In this document: positions 28,565-38,444 of the stretch, in pieces | Position numbering within the stretch: position 1 is the first letter of the stretch | Layout of the letters: every line of letters begins with the position of its first letter | Origin: an uncultured delta proteobacterium | GTDB lineage: Bacteria; Desulfobacterota; Desulfuromonadia; Desulfuromonadales; BM103 | Reading direction: 5' to 3' | Assembly: GCA_963715335.1 (NCBI GenBank) | Contig: CAVQRZ010000006.1 | Location: 32,001-96,000, forward strand | Length of the DNA: 64,000 bases | Notes under the pieces: generated by a model | Told to the model about the DNA's origin: nothing | The model's input: only the letters and a program-made list of their open reading frames with translations | The model's database searches: none | Made by a program: the position numbers and the translations under genes

Positions 28565-28867
28565 TTAATCGAGGCTCAGCTGGTCTTTGAGCTTGGCCAG
28601 TTTGGCTTGACCGATCCCCTTGACCTCTGCCAACTGATCGACACTTGTGAACGGTCCGTGTTCATCCCGATAAGAGATGATCCGCTCCGCAAGGGCCGGT
28701 CCAACGCCGGGCAGTGCCTGCAGTTGTTCAGCAGTTGCCTGGTTGAGAGGAATGGTTTGAATCGATACTTTGGCAGCCAGGTTTTCAGCTGCAGAGACAG
28801 TCGCCGGCGACAACCCGACAGACCCAACGACAAACAACAAGGCCAACAATAACAGATAATACTTCAT
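28565..28867 (-). CDS. comEA: ComEA-family periplasmic DNA-binding protein
   Basis: Signal peptide; LNQATAEQLQALPGVGPALAERI and GPF..VDQLAEVKGIG; start ATG 28867 behind GGAGG. Confidence 0.88.
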   Translation of the reverse strand: MKYYLLLLALLFVVGSVGLSPATVSAAENLAAKVSIQTIPLNQATAEQLQALPGVGPALAERIISYRDEHGPFTSVDQLAEVKGIGQAKLAKLKDQLSLD

Positions 28868-29013
28868 AACATTTCCCTCCAAAATTGGAATCATAACAAA
28901 CCCGATGCGGGCATAAAATCCTGCAACCCCTCCTTGACGACACCTCCCTCCCGGATCAGTTTCGCCGCCCAACCCGACCCACAATGAGCCTCACCGGATG
29001 GCTGGCAAGTTCA

Positions 29014-29045
29014 TGTGAAAGTATCAGATATTTCACACTTGTCAA
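29014..29045 (-). promoter_or_regulatory. Sigma-70 promoter of comEA overlapped by an inverted repeat
   Basis: TTGACA-16 nt-TACTTT; TGTGAAA-N10-TTTCACA at 29014-29037. Confidence 0.6.
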
Positions 29046-29065
29046 ACGAATCGCATAAAACAGTG

Positions 29066-31249
29066 CTACATGCCGAAGCCACCACCGAACCCCTTGTTCA
29101 TCCCCAGCCCGGCCAAAACGAAACTGAGCATCACTTCATGGTTCTTGCTGTCGTCAATCCGGTAGCGGCTACGATAAGTCAAGAGGATGCTCCAGCACTT
29201 TGAACGATATTCGAGGCCGACGATCTTTTCAAGTTCACGATTCTCCCGAAAGTCGTAACGCTCCTCGAACCTGAGATAGACCGGCGTGAGGATCGACGTA
29301 TCAAGCTGGAAATTGACGTAATCCGTTGCCGCATCCACGTAGGTATCGTCCTTGTATGTGTAATTGACCCTGACCGCATTACCACCTTCGTCCCTGGCAG
29401 AGGCAGCGGCACGCAGGTTCCGTATCCCGCTGTCACCGTAAACCGGGATCAGGCTATCCACCTCCAGGGCAAGGTTGCGGGTTGGCCAGAAATCCAGCTC
29501 GAAGCGTACATCTGAGAACGGCTGGTCATCATCGAACAGGTCGTCCTCACCGTCAAACCTATAGGTCTGCGAGAGCCGCAGATCCAGGAAGTCACGATAA
29601 ACCGTGGTACCGTCCCCCGCAGTACTGCTGGTTGTCAGACGGTTGACCAGGGCATAACTGATATCGTTGCGCTGGACCTGACGATCAAGGAGGTCGAAGA
29701 GGGGCAGATCATCCTGGCTCTTATCCGGCACGTAAGTATAGACCACTTTCGGTTCGATGCTGTGCATAAGCCTTTCCATGCCCCAGCGGTTCGGCGCGTA
29801 GGCCCTGACCAGACGCGTCGCGAGGGTCAGGGAGTATTCCGGGACAAACTGCTGATCGTCTTCGGCATCTGTATCGTAAAGCCGTTCATGAAGAGATATC
29901 TCCGGGGTCAACTCCAGCCAGGACCCCGGCTTGAATGACGCCGAGACGAAAGGCCTAAGGTAAAGCCGCTCGCCATCCAGGCCTTCGTCACGCTGGAACC
30001 GCGTCGCATAACTCTCCAGGCCAAGATACAGAGGGGTATCACCCAGCCGGTAGCGGCTCTGGCTGAGACCCACCTCAGGCAGGCGCTGCAGTGACCTGTC
30101 GTTATCTTCTTCGAGGTTCTTGAGGTAACGACCATAACCGGTCAGGTTGAGTTTCTCCCAGTTGCGCTGGAGAATCACGGTTGAAACTGTCAGGTCGCGG
30201 TTGTATTGATCGGCCGACTCACCAAATTCATCAAAGAACTCCTGCTTGTTGGTGTATTCGACATCGCTTGTCAAGGTCCAGCCGCCAGGCAGATTGCCGC
30301 GATGCTTCCAGTCGAGATAGTAGGTGTTTGGCATATCATTGATGCCGGCGACATGATAGTAAAGGGCCTTGCCATTGTTCTGGTTGGCCAGGGCATAACG
30401 GTACTCAAGGCCGGTGCCGAGGCCGATTTTGGAAAGGTAGTCGAGGTAGAAAGTCGCGTCCATACTGCGATCGATAACCTGGTACCAGGCCATGGACGCA
30501 CGCGCGCCCTTGTTGTTTGAATAGCCGAACCAGGGGGCCAGCAATCCGGACTCGCGTTCGGTCTTTACCGGAAAATACATGTAGGGGGTATAGAGCACCG
30601 GGACATCCTTGATGTAAAAGAAGGCGCCTTTGGCGCGGGCATAGCCGCCCAGATCAACATCTACCTCTCTGGCGGAAAACTTCCAGTCCGGAATCTCTCC
30701 GTCACAGGTTGTGAAGCTGCCATTTTGGACAAAATAATTGACCTGCCCGTGTTTTTCTATCTCTTCACCCGCAAGGTGGAAATTCCCGTCATGAATCAAA
30801 ACCTTGCCGCCATGGGCCCGACCCTGGCCGGTGGTCATATTGTACTGCATGCTGTCACCGGAGAAAGTAACGTCGGCATCGTTCAGCGTAACGCTCCCCC
30901 GTGCGGCGGCATCCTGAGTCGAAGCTTGCCAGAGGAGTTCCTCCGAACGCAACTCAACATCGGCCTGACGCAGGACGACATCCCCTTTGGCCTCGTAGCT
31001 CTCTTCTTCCGCGTTGTACGAAAGCTGATCTGCAACCAGAGAGATGGATGCATCCTGTTTAGTCTCCGTCCCAGGGGACGCAGACTCGATCCCTGCTACG
31101 GACTTTTCATCCGCAGCCGGAACCAGCTCATCGCCGGCCTCGGCAGGCCTGCTCAAAGCCCCCCAGGAAACAATGCTGATGACAAGCAACGCGCAGAGCG
31201 TTACGGCATAAGATGAATCTCGCATGGCACGACCTGTCTTGGTAAGCAT
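29066..31249 (-). CDS. lptD: LPS-assembly outer membrane protein LptD
   Basis: OstA-like N-domain, FTTC, RESGLLAP, LQRLPE, HSIEP, YRSKCW; start 31249 or 31225. Confidence 0.9.
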   Translation of the reverse strand: MLTKTGRAMRDSSYAVTLCALLVISIVSWGALSRPAEAGDELVPAADEKSVAGIESASPGTETKQDASISLVADQLSYNAEEESYEAKGDVVLRQADVELRSEELLWQASTQDAAARGSVTLNDADVTFSGDSMQYNMTTGQGRAHGGKVLIHDGNFHLAGEEIEKHGQVNYFVQNGSFTTCDGEIPDWKFSAREVDVDLGGYARAKGAFFYIKDVPVLYTPYMYFPVKTERESGLLAPWFGYSNNKGARASMAWYQVIDRSMDATFYLDYLSKIGLGTGLEYRYALANQNNGKALYYHVAGINDMPNTYYLDWKHRGNLPGGWTLTSDVEYTNKQEFFDEFGESADQYNRDLTVSTVILQRNWEKLNLTGYGRYLKNLEEDNDRSLQRLPEVGLSQSRYRLGDTPLYLGLESYATRFQRDEGLDGERLYLRPFVSASFKPGSWLELTPEISLHERLYDTDAEDDQQFVPEYSLTLATRLVRAYAPNRWGMERLMHSIEPKVVYTYVPDKSQDDLPLFDLLDRQVQRNDISYALVNRLTTSSTAGDGTTVYRDFLDLRLSQTYRFDGEDDLFDDDQPFSDVRFELDFWPTRNLALEVDSLIPVYGDSGIRNLRAAASARDEGGNAVRVNYTYKDDTYVDAATDYVNFQLDTSILTPVYLRFEERYDFRENRELEKIVGLEYRSKCWSILLTYRSRYRIDDSKNHEVMLSFVLAGLGMNKGFGGGFGM

Positions 31250-31263
31250 AAAGGCATCTGCCG

Positions 31264-32538
31264 TCAGTTGACAAACGGCAGACTTCCCTCCTGAAATTTC
31301 TGCCGCAACTCGGCGACCAGGTATAATGAGCCGCAGACAACCACAGGGCATTCATCCCCGGCGGCGGCAACCGCTGCGGCCAGCCCCGCCTCGGCGGAGG
31401 GGAACTCCGCACAAGGCCGACCCAGGCCGGCTGCCCAGCCGGCGATCCGGGCCGTTGGCACGGATGTCTCGTAGCAAACCGGTACAGCATATACTGCAGC
31501 GACAAAATTTTCCAGAGGCATCATGACCTCTTCTGGCACACGTTCGCCGCTCAACCCGGCAACCAGGTGAATTTTCCTTACTTCCTGGTCATTCAGGTAA
31601 TCGGCAAGGCAGCCGATCCCGGCACGGTTATGCGACACATCCGTCAAAATCCTGGGTTGGCACGGCCACCATTCCAGACGCCCTGGCCAAATCGCCGCCC
31701 TGCCGGCCTCTCGGATCGCACTATCGTTTATCGGCATGCCCTGCTCGCGCAACTTGATGGCTGCAGCGACGGCCTGGGAGAAGTTGTCCAGCTGATGTCG
31801 ACCCGCCAGTGGGCAGGGCAGATCATCGATACGGTTGACGCCCACGGCAACCGAGAGGCTGTCGTGGGCTCCCTCCCAGGAAAAATCGCGCCCGGCCAGA
31901 CAAACACTGGCATCAAGGGCGGAGGCAGCACTCATGACCACTTCAAGGGCCTCAGGATCCTGCCTGCCGACAACCACAGGCACACCGGGCTTCAGGATAC
32001 CTGCTTTTTCCGCAGCGATCCCTGACAGGGTCTCGCCAAGGTGCTCAGTGTGGTCGTAGCTGATCGGGGTCAATATGCACAGCTGAGGTTCGACTATATT
32101 GGTTGCATCGAGCCGGCCACCAAGGCCTGTTTCGATGACGGCGACATCAACCCTTTGCTCACGAAAAGCCAGCAGGGCCATGGCCGTGGTCGCCTCGAAG
32201 AAGGTAATCGGAACGTCACCGGCGGCAAGTCGAATCCGTTCTGCGAGCAGCGCGACTTCATCCCGGCAGACCGGCACGCCGTCGATACGGATGCGTTCGG
32301 TAAAACAGTGCAGGTGCGGTGACGTGTAGAGACCCACCCGCAAGCCGGCATGTTTGAGAATCTCTGCCAGCATGACGCTGACAGAACCCTTGCCGTTGGT
32401 GCCGGCGACATGGATGCAGGGCAACGGCCTCTGCAATAGAGGCAGACGACTTTTTAGGGCCCGCATGTTCTCCAGGCCAAGTTTGATGCCAAAACGCTGC
32501 AGCCCATACAGGTAATCGAGGCTGGTCGAAAAGTTCAC
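31264..32538 (-). CDS. folC: Folylpolyglutamate synthase/dihydrofolate synthase
   Basis: HVAGTNGKGS, YTSPHL, ETGLGGRLDATN, WPGRLE, GSLYL. Confidence 0.95.
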   Translation of the reverse strand: MNFSTSLDYLYGLQRFGIKLGLENMRALKSRLPLLQRPLPCIHVAGTNGKGSVSVMLAEILKHAGLRVGLYTSPHLHCFTERIRIDGVPVCRDEVALLAERIRLAAGDVPITFFEATTAMALLAFREQRVDVAVIETGLGGRLDATNIVEPQLCILTPISYDHTEHLGETLSGIAAEKAGILKPGVPVVVGRQDPEALEVVMSAASALDASVCLAGRDFSWEGAHDSLSVAVGVNRIDDLPCPLAGRHQLDNFSQAVAAAIKLREQGMPINDSAIREAGRAAIWPGRLEWWPCQPRILTDVSHNRAGIGCLADYLNDQEVRKIHLVAGLSGERVPEEVMMPLENFVAAVYAVPVCYETSVPTARIAGWAAGLGRPCAEFPSAEAGLAAAVAAAGDECPVVVCGSLYLVAELRQKFQEGSLPFVN

Positions 32539-32541
32539 AGG

Positions 32542-33405
32542 CTAGGAGACAGCCGCCTGCTTGGTGAAAACGCGCAGGATCTGGGATAGCTTGGCCTTCA
32601 TCTCCTGCCGGGAAATGATCATATCGACCATGCCGTGCTCCAGAAGATATTCGGAACGCTGGAATCCTTCCGGGAGCTTCTGCCGGATCGTCTGCTCGAT
32701 AACCCTGGGCCCGGCGAAACCGATCAGGGCCTTCGGTTCTGCAATATTGAGATCCCCGAGCATGGCGAAGCTGGCAGTCACCCCGCCGGTTGTCGGATCA
32801 GTCAAGACCGAGATAAAGGGGATCCCCGCCTTCTTCAGTTTGGCCAGGGCAGCACTGCTTTTGGCCATCTGCATCAGAGAAAGGATGCTCTCCTGCATCC
32901 GGGCCCCGCCGGAAGAAGAGAAGACCAGAACCGGCGCCTTTTTTTCGAGGCCGAGCTCAATGGCCCGGGTAATCTTCTCGCCGACAACGGAACCCATACT
33001 GCCGCCAAGGAAACCAAAATCAAAGACCGCGACAACGACTTCCTGGTCATTCATCAGACCGGAACCGGTGACAACCGCATCGCCACCGCCGCTCTTTTTG
33101 AGCGCAGCCTTGATCCGGTCGCTGTATTTCTTGGAGTCCTTGAACTTCAGGAAGTCAACCGAGACCATATTGGGATCAGTCTCAACAAAAGTTCCTTCAT
33201 CGATAACCAGCGAGATTCTTTCCCTGGCACTGATGCGAAAGTGATAATCGCACTTGGGGCACACGTTCAGATTGCGTTCGATCTCCTTGGAGTAGATGAT
33301 CTCCTCACAATTCTTGCATTTCGTCCAAAGGCCCTCGGGCATCTGGACCTTCTTCGTTTCCAGTTGCGCTGAAATCGGCGCTTTTGATTTTTTAAACCAG
33401 GCCAT
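32542..33405 (-). CDS. accD: Acetyl-CoA carboxylase carboxyltransferase beta subunit
   Basis: GLWTKC Zn finger, [26 protein letters not shown]. Confidence 0.97.
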   Translation of the reverse strand: MAWFKKSKAPISAQLETKKVQMPEGLWTKCKNCEEIIYSKEIERNLNVCPKCDYHFRISARERISLVIDEGTFVETDPNMVSVDFLKFKDSKKYSDRIKAALKKSGGGDAVVTGSGLMNDQEVVVAVFDFGFLGGSMGSVVGEKITRAIELGLEKKAPVLVFSSSGGARMQESILSLMQMAKSSAALAKLKKAGIPFISVLTDPTTGGVTASFAMLGDLNIAEPKALIGFAGPRVIEQTIRQKLPEGFQRSEYLLEHGMVDMIISRQEMKAKLSQILRVFTKQAAVS

Positions 33406-33740
33406 AATCTACCTCGCGATCATTCGGTGCGGAGTTCAAAAAACGAACCGTTCATTGCTACCCAGGATCTGGAGCCTCAATCTGCTGGATTCCAGTGCTC
33501 TACTTATCTTTTCGGGATATTGCGGCTGCATTTGAAATATTCTGACCGGTACATCCGGTTTGTCCAGCTAGTCCGGCTCTTTTGCCAGTAACGTCGGCGG
33601 CTGGAGCCACGTTTCCGCAGCGAGGAGCTCCTCACCCAGTCCTCAATCAGTAGGCAGCGGGTTGATCCGGTATGCATGAACCAGGACAACCTGAGCCCAT
33701 GCTCTGCGCGGATTGCTAGCAATCCGCCTTTGCCAGAGAA

Positions 33741-34532
33741 TCAGATCGCCTTTTTCAGTGCCTTGGCAAAAGCCCCAACGGCAGCCAGAAGATCCGGGGA
33801 AGAACTCTTTTCCGCTATTAATTTTACCAGAGCACTTCCGACGACAACAGCGTCGGCGATTCCGGCAACGGCCCCGGCATCTTCCGGTGTCGAGATACCG
33901 AACCCAACCGCGACCGGGACCGGGCTTTGCTCTTTCAACTCTCTGACCGAAGCAGCGATTGCGTCTGCATCCACCTGTTTGCTCCCCGTGACGCCAGTCA
34001 TCGAAACGTAGTACAGAAAGCCCTCTCCTGCCGCGGCAAGCTGCGCGCTGCGCGCTGCACCGGTTGTCGGAGCCAGGAGCGTAATCAGGTCGATGCCCGC
34101 GGCCTTGAGCAACGGGTGCAATTCACCGGCCTCTTCCGGCGGCAGGTCAACCAGGAGCAGGCCGTCGACGCCGGCGGCCGCCGCATCCCGTGCGAACAGG
34201 TCAGCTCCGTAGCAGAACACAGGGTTATAATAGCCCATCAGGATAATCGGGACGTTGCTGTGCTGACGGATCCTGGCCACCATCTTGATCACCCCGCGCA
34301 AGGTAGTCCCGGACCCGAGCGCCCGCTCCGAAGCAAGCTGGATCGTCGGCCCATCGGCCATCGGATCGGAGAAAGGGAATCCCAGTTCGATCAGGTCCAC
34401 GCCCGATTCAATGAGCGTGTGGACGATCTTCTCGCTGGTGTCCAGATCCGGATCGCCCGCAGTAATAAAGGTCACAAGGGCTTTTTTGCCCTGTCCCTTC
34501 AGGGCGTTCATTGTCGCTGATATGTTTGACAT
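33741..34532 (-). CDS. trpA: Tryptophan synthase alpha chain
   Basis: AGDP, ELGFPFSDPMADGPTIQ, VGFGI, VVGSA. Confidence 0.96.
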   Translation of the reverse strand: MSNISATMNALKGQGKKALVTFITAGDPDLDTSEKIVHTLIESGVDLIELGFPFSDPMADGPTIQLASERALGSGTTLRGVIKMVARIRQHSNVPIILMGYYNPVFCYGADLFARDAAAAGVDGLLLVDLPPEEAGELHPLLKAAGIDLITLLAPTTGAARSAQLAAAGEGFLYYVSMTGVTGSKQVDADAIAASVRELKEQSPVPVAVGFGISTPEDAGAVAGIADAVVVGSALVKLIAEKSSSPDLLAAVGAFAKALKKAI

Positions 34533-34584
34533 GGAGGTATTGGCTTCCCGAAAGGTTGATTTTATCGAATCAAACCAAAGGATA

Positions 34585-35265
34585 TCAACCGTTTTCTCCT
34601 CTGGCCAGGGTTTTGACCCGCTCGAGCAGGTCGAGAAACATCTCGTTGTTCATGCGGCCGGTCTGCACGTTGTAGCGGCTGGTATGGTAGCAGCCGACCA
34701 GCCACAACCCATTCGCCAAGCGGTGGACTGCGGCATGGCCGAACGGGACATCAGACAAGCGGCTGATCCGCCCCTGCGCCTGGAAAAGTCGCAGCAAACT
34801 GTTATGTGCTCCATGCCCGAGGCTGATGATCACGCGGAGATTGTGCAGGGCTTCCAATTCCTCGACAAGATACGGTCGGCAATTTGAAAACTCGTCGGCA
34901 TTCGGCCGGTTCTCTGGCGGCAGACACTTCACCGCATTGGTAATATAGAGGTCGTGCAATTCCAGACCGTCATCGACAGCGGTCGCGTCGGGCTGGTTGG
35001 CAAACCCGGCCTGATGCAGAAGCGGGTACATGAAGATGCCTGCGCCGTCTCCGGTGAACGGCCGACCAGTGCGATTCGCGCCGTGCGCCCCCGGCGCCAG
35101 GCCTACCAGGCAGATCCGCGCCTGTAGATCGCCGAAACCGTTGACCGGGGCATTGTGGTAATCGTCCCTCAGGCGGCCCTTGCTCGGCGGCAATTGCCCA
35201 ACAAAGTCCGCAAGCCGCGTGCAGCGTGTGCAGCCCTGCAGACCATTGAGATCAATCCTTGCCAT
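34585..35265 (-). CDS. Uracil-DNA glycosylase, family 5 (UdgB-like)
   Basis: CTRCTRL Fe-S ligands, GLAPGAHGANRTGRPFTGD, KCLPP, YHTS; true start ATG 35265, since the longer track ORF overlaps rhlB. Confidence 0.88.
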   Translation of the reverse strand: MARIDLNGLQGCTRCTRLADFVGQLPPSKGRLRDDYHNAPVNGFGDLQARICLVGLAPGAHGANRTGRPFTGDGAGIFMYPLLHQAGFANQPDATAVDDGLELHDLYITNAVKCLPPENRPNADEFSNCRPYLVEELEALHNLRVIISLGHGAHNSLLRLFQAQGRISRLSDVPFGHAAVHRLANGLWLVGCYHTSRYNVQTGRMNNEMFLDLLERVKTLARGENG

Positions 35266-35266
35266 T

Positions 35267-36535
35267 TCAGCTGCTACTATTCGGGCGGGGCTTGCCACCG
35301 GGCCGACGTCGCCTGGGCGGCTTGGGTTTGCCGGCAACGGCCCGCTTTTCGTGAGGCGGCTTTTTCTTGTGCGGCACCCCCCGTTTGTAATCGTGACAGA
35401 GGTCTTCATCGTGCGGAACAGCACTCGGGATTTTCTTGCCGATGTACTCTTCGATGTCAGGCAGAAAATAGGCAAGATCTTCATCGGCAAAGCTGACCGA
35501 CTTGCCCCTGGCTCCCGCCCGCGCGGTTCGACCGATGCGATGTACATAGTCCTCGGCATCCTGGGGAAGATCGTAATTGACCACGTGCGTCACATTCTCG
35601 ACATGCAGACCGCGCGAAGCGACATCGGTTGCAACCAGAAAATTCAGTTTGCCGGCCTTGAAATCTTCAATGATGCGCAGGCGCTTCTTCTGGACAATGT
35701 CACCGGAGAGATAAGCCACCTTGTAATCATTCATCTGCAGGCGGCCGGCGAGGTGCTCCCCTTCCCTCTTGGTGTTGACAAAGACCATGACCCTGACATC
35801 TTCAGTCTCTTTCTTCAGAAGCCCCAGCAGCAGCGGGAACTTCTCCCGTCTCGATACGTGGTAAACGATCTGTTCAACCAGTTCGGCAGTGACCTGCTTC
35901 GGTTCTATGCTGACTTTTTCAGCGAGATTCATGAACTCATAGGCCAGCTCCATGACCCGCTGCGAAAGCGTCGCGGAGAAGAGCATCGTCTGACGTTTTT
36001 CAAAAGGGGGTAATTTGCGCAGGATATAACGCAAATCCCGGATGAAGCCCATGTCGAACATCCGGTCGGCTTCGTCAATCACCAGGGCTTCAACATGTTT
36101 CAGGGTAAAGATGTTCTGCTTGACGTAGTCAATCAGGCGTCCGGGTGTGGCGACAATGACATCCACACCGGTCTGCAATGCCCGACGCTGCTTCTCGTAG
36201 TCAACGCCGCCAAAGATCGCCTGCACCTTGAAGGGACAGTGGGCCCCGAGCCCGTCTGCGTCGGTACATATCTGCACGACCAGTTCCCTGGTCGGCGCGA
36301 TAATCAGGGCGCGAGGAGCACCTTTTGCGGATGGCGGGTTTTTCAGCAGACGGGTGAACAGCGTGATCAGGAATGCAGCGGTCTTGCCGGTGCCGGTCTG
36401 GGCCTGTGCAGCGACATCGTGGCCCGACAGCCCCAGCGGGATAGACTCTTCCTGCACGGGGGTTAAGTCAACAAAGCCGACCGCTTCGATGCCGTGCATG
36501 ACCTCTGCGGGCAGATCAAGTTCAGTAAATTTCAT
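35267..36535 (-). CDS. rhlB: DEAD-box RNA helicase (RhlB-like)
   Basis: AQTGTGKTAAF, PTREL, DEADRMFDMGF, SAT, HRIGRTAR. Confidence 0.85.
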   Translation of the reverse strand: MKFTELDLPAEVMHGIEAVGFVDLTPVQEESIPLGLSGHDVAAQAQTGTGKTAAFLITLFTRLLKNPPSAKGAPRALIIAPTRELVVQICTDADGLGAHCPFKVQAIFGGVDYEKQRRALQTGVDVIVATPGRLIDYVKQNIFTLKHVEALVIDEADRMFDMGFIRDLRYILRKLPPFEKRQTMLFSATLSQRVMELAYEFMNLAEKVSIEPKQVTAELVEQIVYHVSRREKFPLLLGLLKKETEDVRVMVFVNTKREGEHLAGRLQMNDYKVAYLSGDIVQKKRLRIIEDFKAGKLNFLVATDVASRGLHVENVTHVVNYDLPQDAEDYVHRIGRTARAGARGKSVSFADEDLAYFLPDIEEYIGKKIPSAVPHDEDLCHDYKRGVPHKKKPPHEKRAVAGKPKPPRRRRPGGKPRPNSSS

Positions 36536-36615
36536 TTGCTATGACGACAGGCGTGGCTGCTAACGTTGAAAGCGTATTCTTTCAACCTTTTCGTGCCGCG
36601 CAATGCGTCCCTTGG

Positions 36616-37812
36616 TTAAAGTTCAAAACCCATGGCTTCAGCGACAGTATGGATATCCTTGTCACCGCGCCCGGACAGGCAAACGAGGATGACGGCGTCA
36701 GTCGGAAGCTCCGGGGCAAGTTTGTGAAGATGTGCGATCGCATGGGCGCTTTCAAGTGCCGGGATAATGCCTTCCATCTCCGTAAGCATACGGAATGCGG
36801 CCAGCGCCTCGTCATCGGTTACCGATACGTATTCCGCCCTCCCGATATCTTTGAGATGCGCATGTTCGGGGCCGACACCCGGATAGTCCAGGCCGGCTGA
36901 CACGGAATGGGCATGCTGGATCTGACCGTCAGCATCCTGCAGCAAGTAAGTTTTGTTGCCATGCAGGACGCCTACCTTGCCGGCAGAGATGCTGGCTGCA
37001 TGCTTGCCCGTCGCAACGCCTAGGCCGGCGGCCTCGACCCCGACCAGGCGGACTGTCGGGTCATCAACGAAGGGGTGGAAAAGCCCCATGGCATTTGAGC
37101 CGCCGCCGATACAGGCGACAGCGACGTCGGGCAGGCGCCCTTCCGCTTCCAGAATCTGGCCCTTCGCTTCCTGGCCGATGACCGCCTGGAAGTCACGGAC
37201 CATCTGCGGGTAGGGATGCGGGCCGGCGACCGTGCCGATCACGTAAAAAGTGTCCCGCACGTGTGTGACCCAGTACCGCAGTGCCTCGTTCATTGCATCC
37301 TTGAGGGTTGCTGTGCCGCTGGTCACATCGTGGACGCGTGCACCGAGCAGCTTCATGCGAAAGACATTCAGCGCCTGGCGCCTGATATCTTCGGTTCCCA
37401 TGAAAACGTCGCACTGCATGCCGAACAGCGCAGCAACGGTCGCCGTCGCCACCCCATGTTGTCCGGCACCGGTCTCGGCAATCACCTTGCGCTTGCCCAT
37501 ACGCCGGGCCAGCAGGATCTGACCGACGGTATTGTTGACCTTGTGGGCACCGGTGTGGTTGAGATCCTCACGCTTGAGGTAAATCCTGGCCCCGCCCAGG
37601 TGCTCGGTCAGCCTCTGGGCGAAATACAACGGGCTTGGTCTGCCAACGTAATTCTTGAGGTAAGCCTCGAACTCGGCCCGGAAGGACGGATCGGTCTGGC
37701 ACTGTTTGTAGCTCGCCTCCAATTCCAGCAGCGCCGGCATCAGAGTTTCAGCAACATAACGGCCGCCAAACTGGCCGAAATGCCCACGGGGATCGGGCTG
37801 TTGGTATTTCAC
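36616..37812 (-). CDS. trpB: Tryptophan synthase beta chain (TrpB1)
   Basis: [42 protein letters not shown]. Confidence 0.97.
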   Translation of the reverse strand: MKYQQPDPRGHFGQFGGRYVAETLMPALLELEASYKQCQTDPSFRAEFEAYLKNYVGRPSPLYFAQRLTEHLGGARIYLKREDLNHTGAHKVNNTVGQILLARRMGKRKVIAETGAGQHGVATATVAALFGMQCDVFMGTEDIRRQALNVFRMKLLGARVHDVTSGTATLKDAMNEALRYWVTHVRDTFYVIGTVAGPHPYPQMVRDFQAVIGQEAKGQILEAEGRLPDVAVACIGGGSNAMGLFHPFVDDPTVRLVGVEAAGLGVATGKHAASISAGKVGVLHGNKTYLLQDADGQIQHAHSVSAGLDYPGVGPEHAHLKDIGRAEYVSVTDDEALAAFRMLTEMEGIIPALESAHAIAHLHKLAPELPTDAVILVCLSGRGDKDIHTVAEAMGFEL

Positions 37813-38444
37813 TTGAAGGACTCCCTGGCCATGCGGATGAACATGGCCACCTTTTCCGGGTCTTTCTGCCCGGGATTCTTCTCTACCCCGCTGGAGACAT
37901 CGACACCATAGGGGTGAACCTGGCGGACAGCCTCCGCAACATTTTCCGGATTAAGTCCACCGGCCAGGATAACCCGGTGTCGTGCGGCAACCGCCGCCGC
38001 TCGGACCCAGTCACAACGCTGCCCGGTGCCGCCTGGTTTGTCCGGCACGTAGGCATCGAGCAACAGCGCCGAAACCTGGTAAGCGGAGAAGACGCTGTCG
38101 TCCATCTCCCGCCTGAGCCGCAACGCCTTGATCACCCGGCAGGGCGGATAGGCACACTGGTCCGGTTCTTCCCCACCATGTAGTTGTACCGTATCTAGGC
38201 CACAGAACTCTATCATCTCGCGGATCCTGGCTGGCGGCTCATCAACAAACAGCCCGACGGCCGTGACCATGGGCGGCAGCTCGGCAATGATCCTTCGGAC
38301 CTGGTCCGGGTCGACGAAACGCGGGCTGCCCGGATAGAAGACGAATCCGAGCGCATCGGCACCGCAGGCCGCTGCGTGGCGAGCGTCTTCGATATTGGTA
38401 ATGCCGCAGATTTTCACCCGCGGCACTCCGTAACCTGCCATCAA
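37809..38444 (-). CDS. trpF: Phosphoribosylanthranilate isomerase
   Basis: VKICGIT, QLHG, GGTG, LAGGL, DVSSGVE. Confidence 0.96.
   Translation of the reverse strand: MMAGYGVPRVKICGITNIEDARHAAACGADALGFVFYPGSPRFVDPDQVRRIIAELPPMVTAVGLFVDEPPARIREMIEFCGLDTVQLHGGEEPDQCAYPPCRVIKALRLRREMDDSVFSAYQVSALLLDAYVPDKPGGTGQRCDWVRAAAVAARHRVILAGGLNPENVAEAVRQVHPYGVDVSSGVEKNPGQKDPEKVAMFIRMARESFK

Noticed and set aside
28868..29010. c-di-GMP/cGAMP (GEMM-I) riboswitch in the comEA leader
   Set aside because: Only a ccatcc..gagg fragment is similar; the conserved AAA-P2 and GAAAGCC/P3 elements are not found
29014..29037. CRP or Rex binding site
   Set aside because: TGTGA and TCACA are 14 nt apart; CRP needs 6, and the Rex box is also shorter
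33504..33722. 72-aa Trp-containing ORF after trpA as a regulatory peptide
   Set aside because: TTG start inside a palindrome, no SD, lies downstream of the operon, no tandem Trp codons
35266..35559. 98-aa N-terminal extension of the uracil-DNA glycosylase
   Set aside because: Overlaps the rhlB 3' end in another frame; ATG 35265 directly follows the rhlB stop
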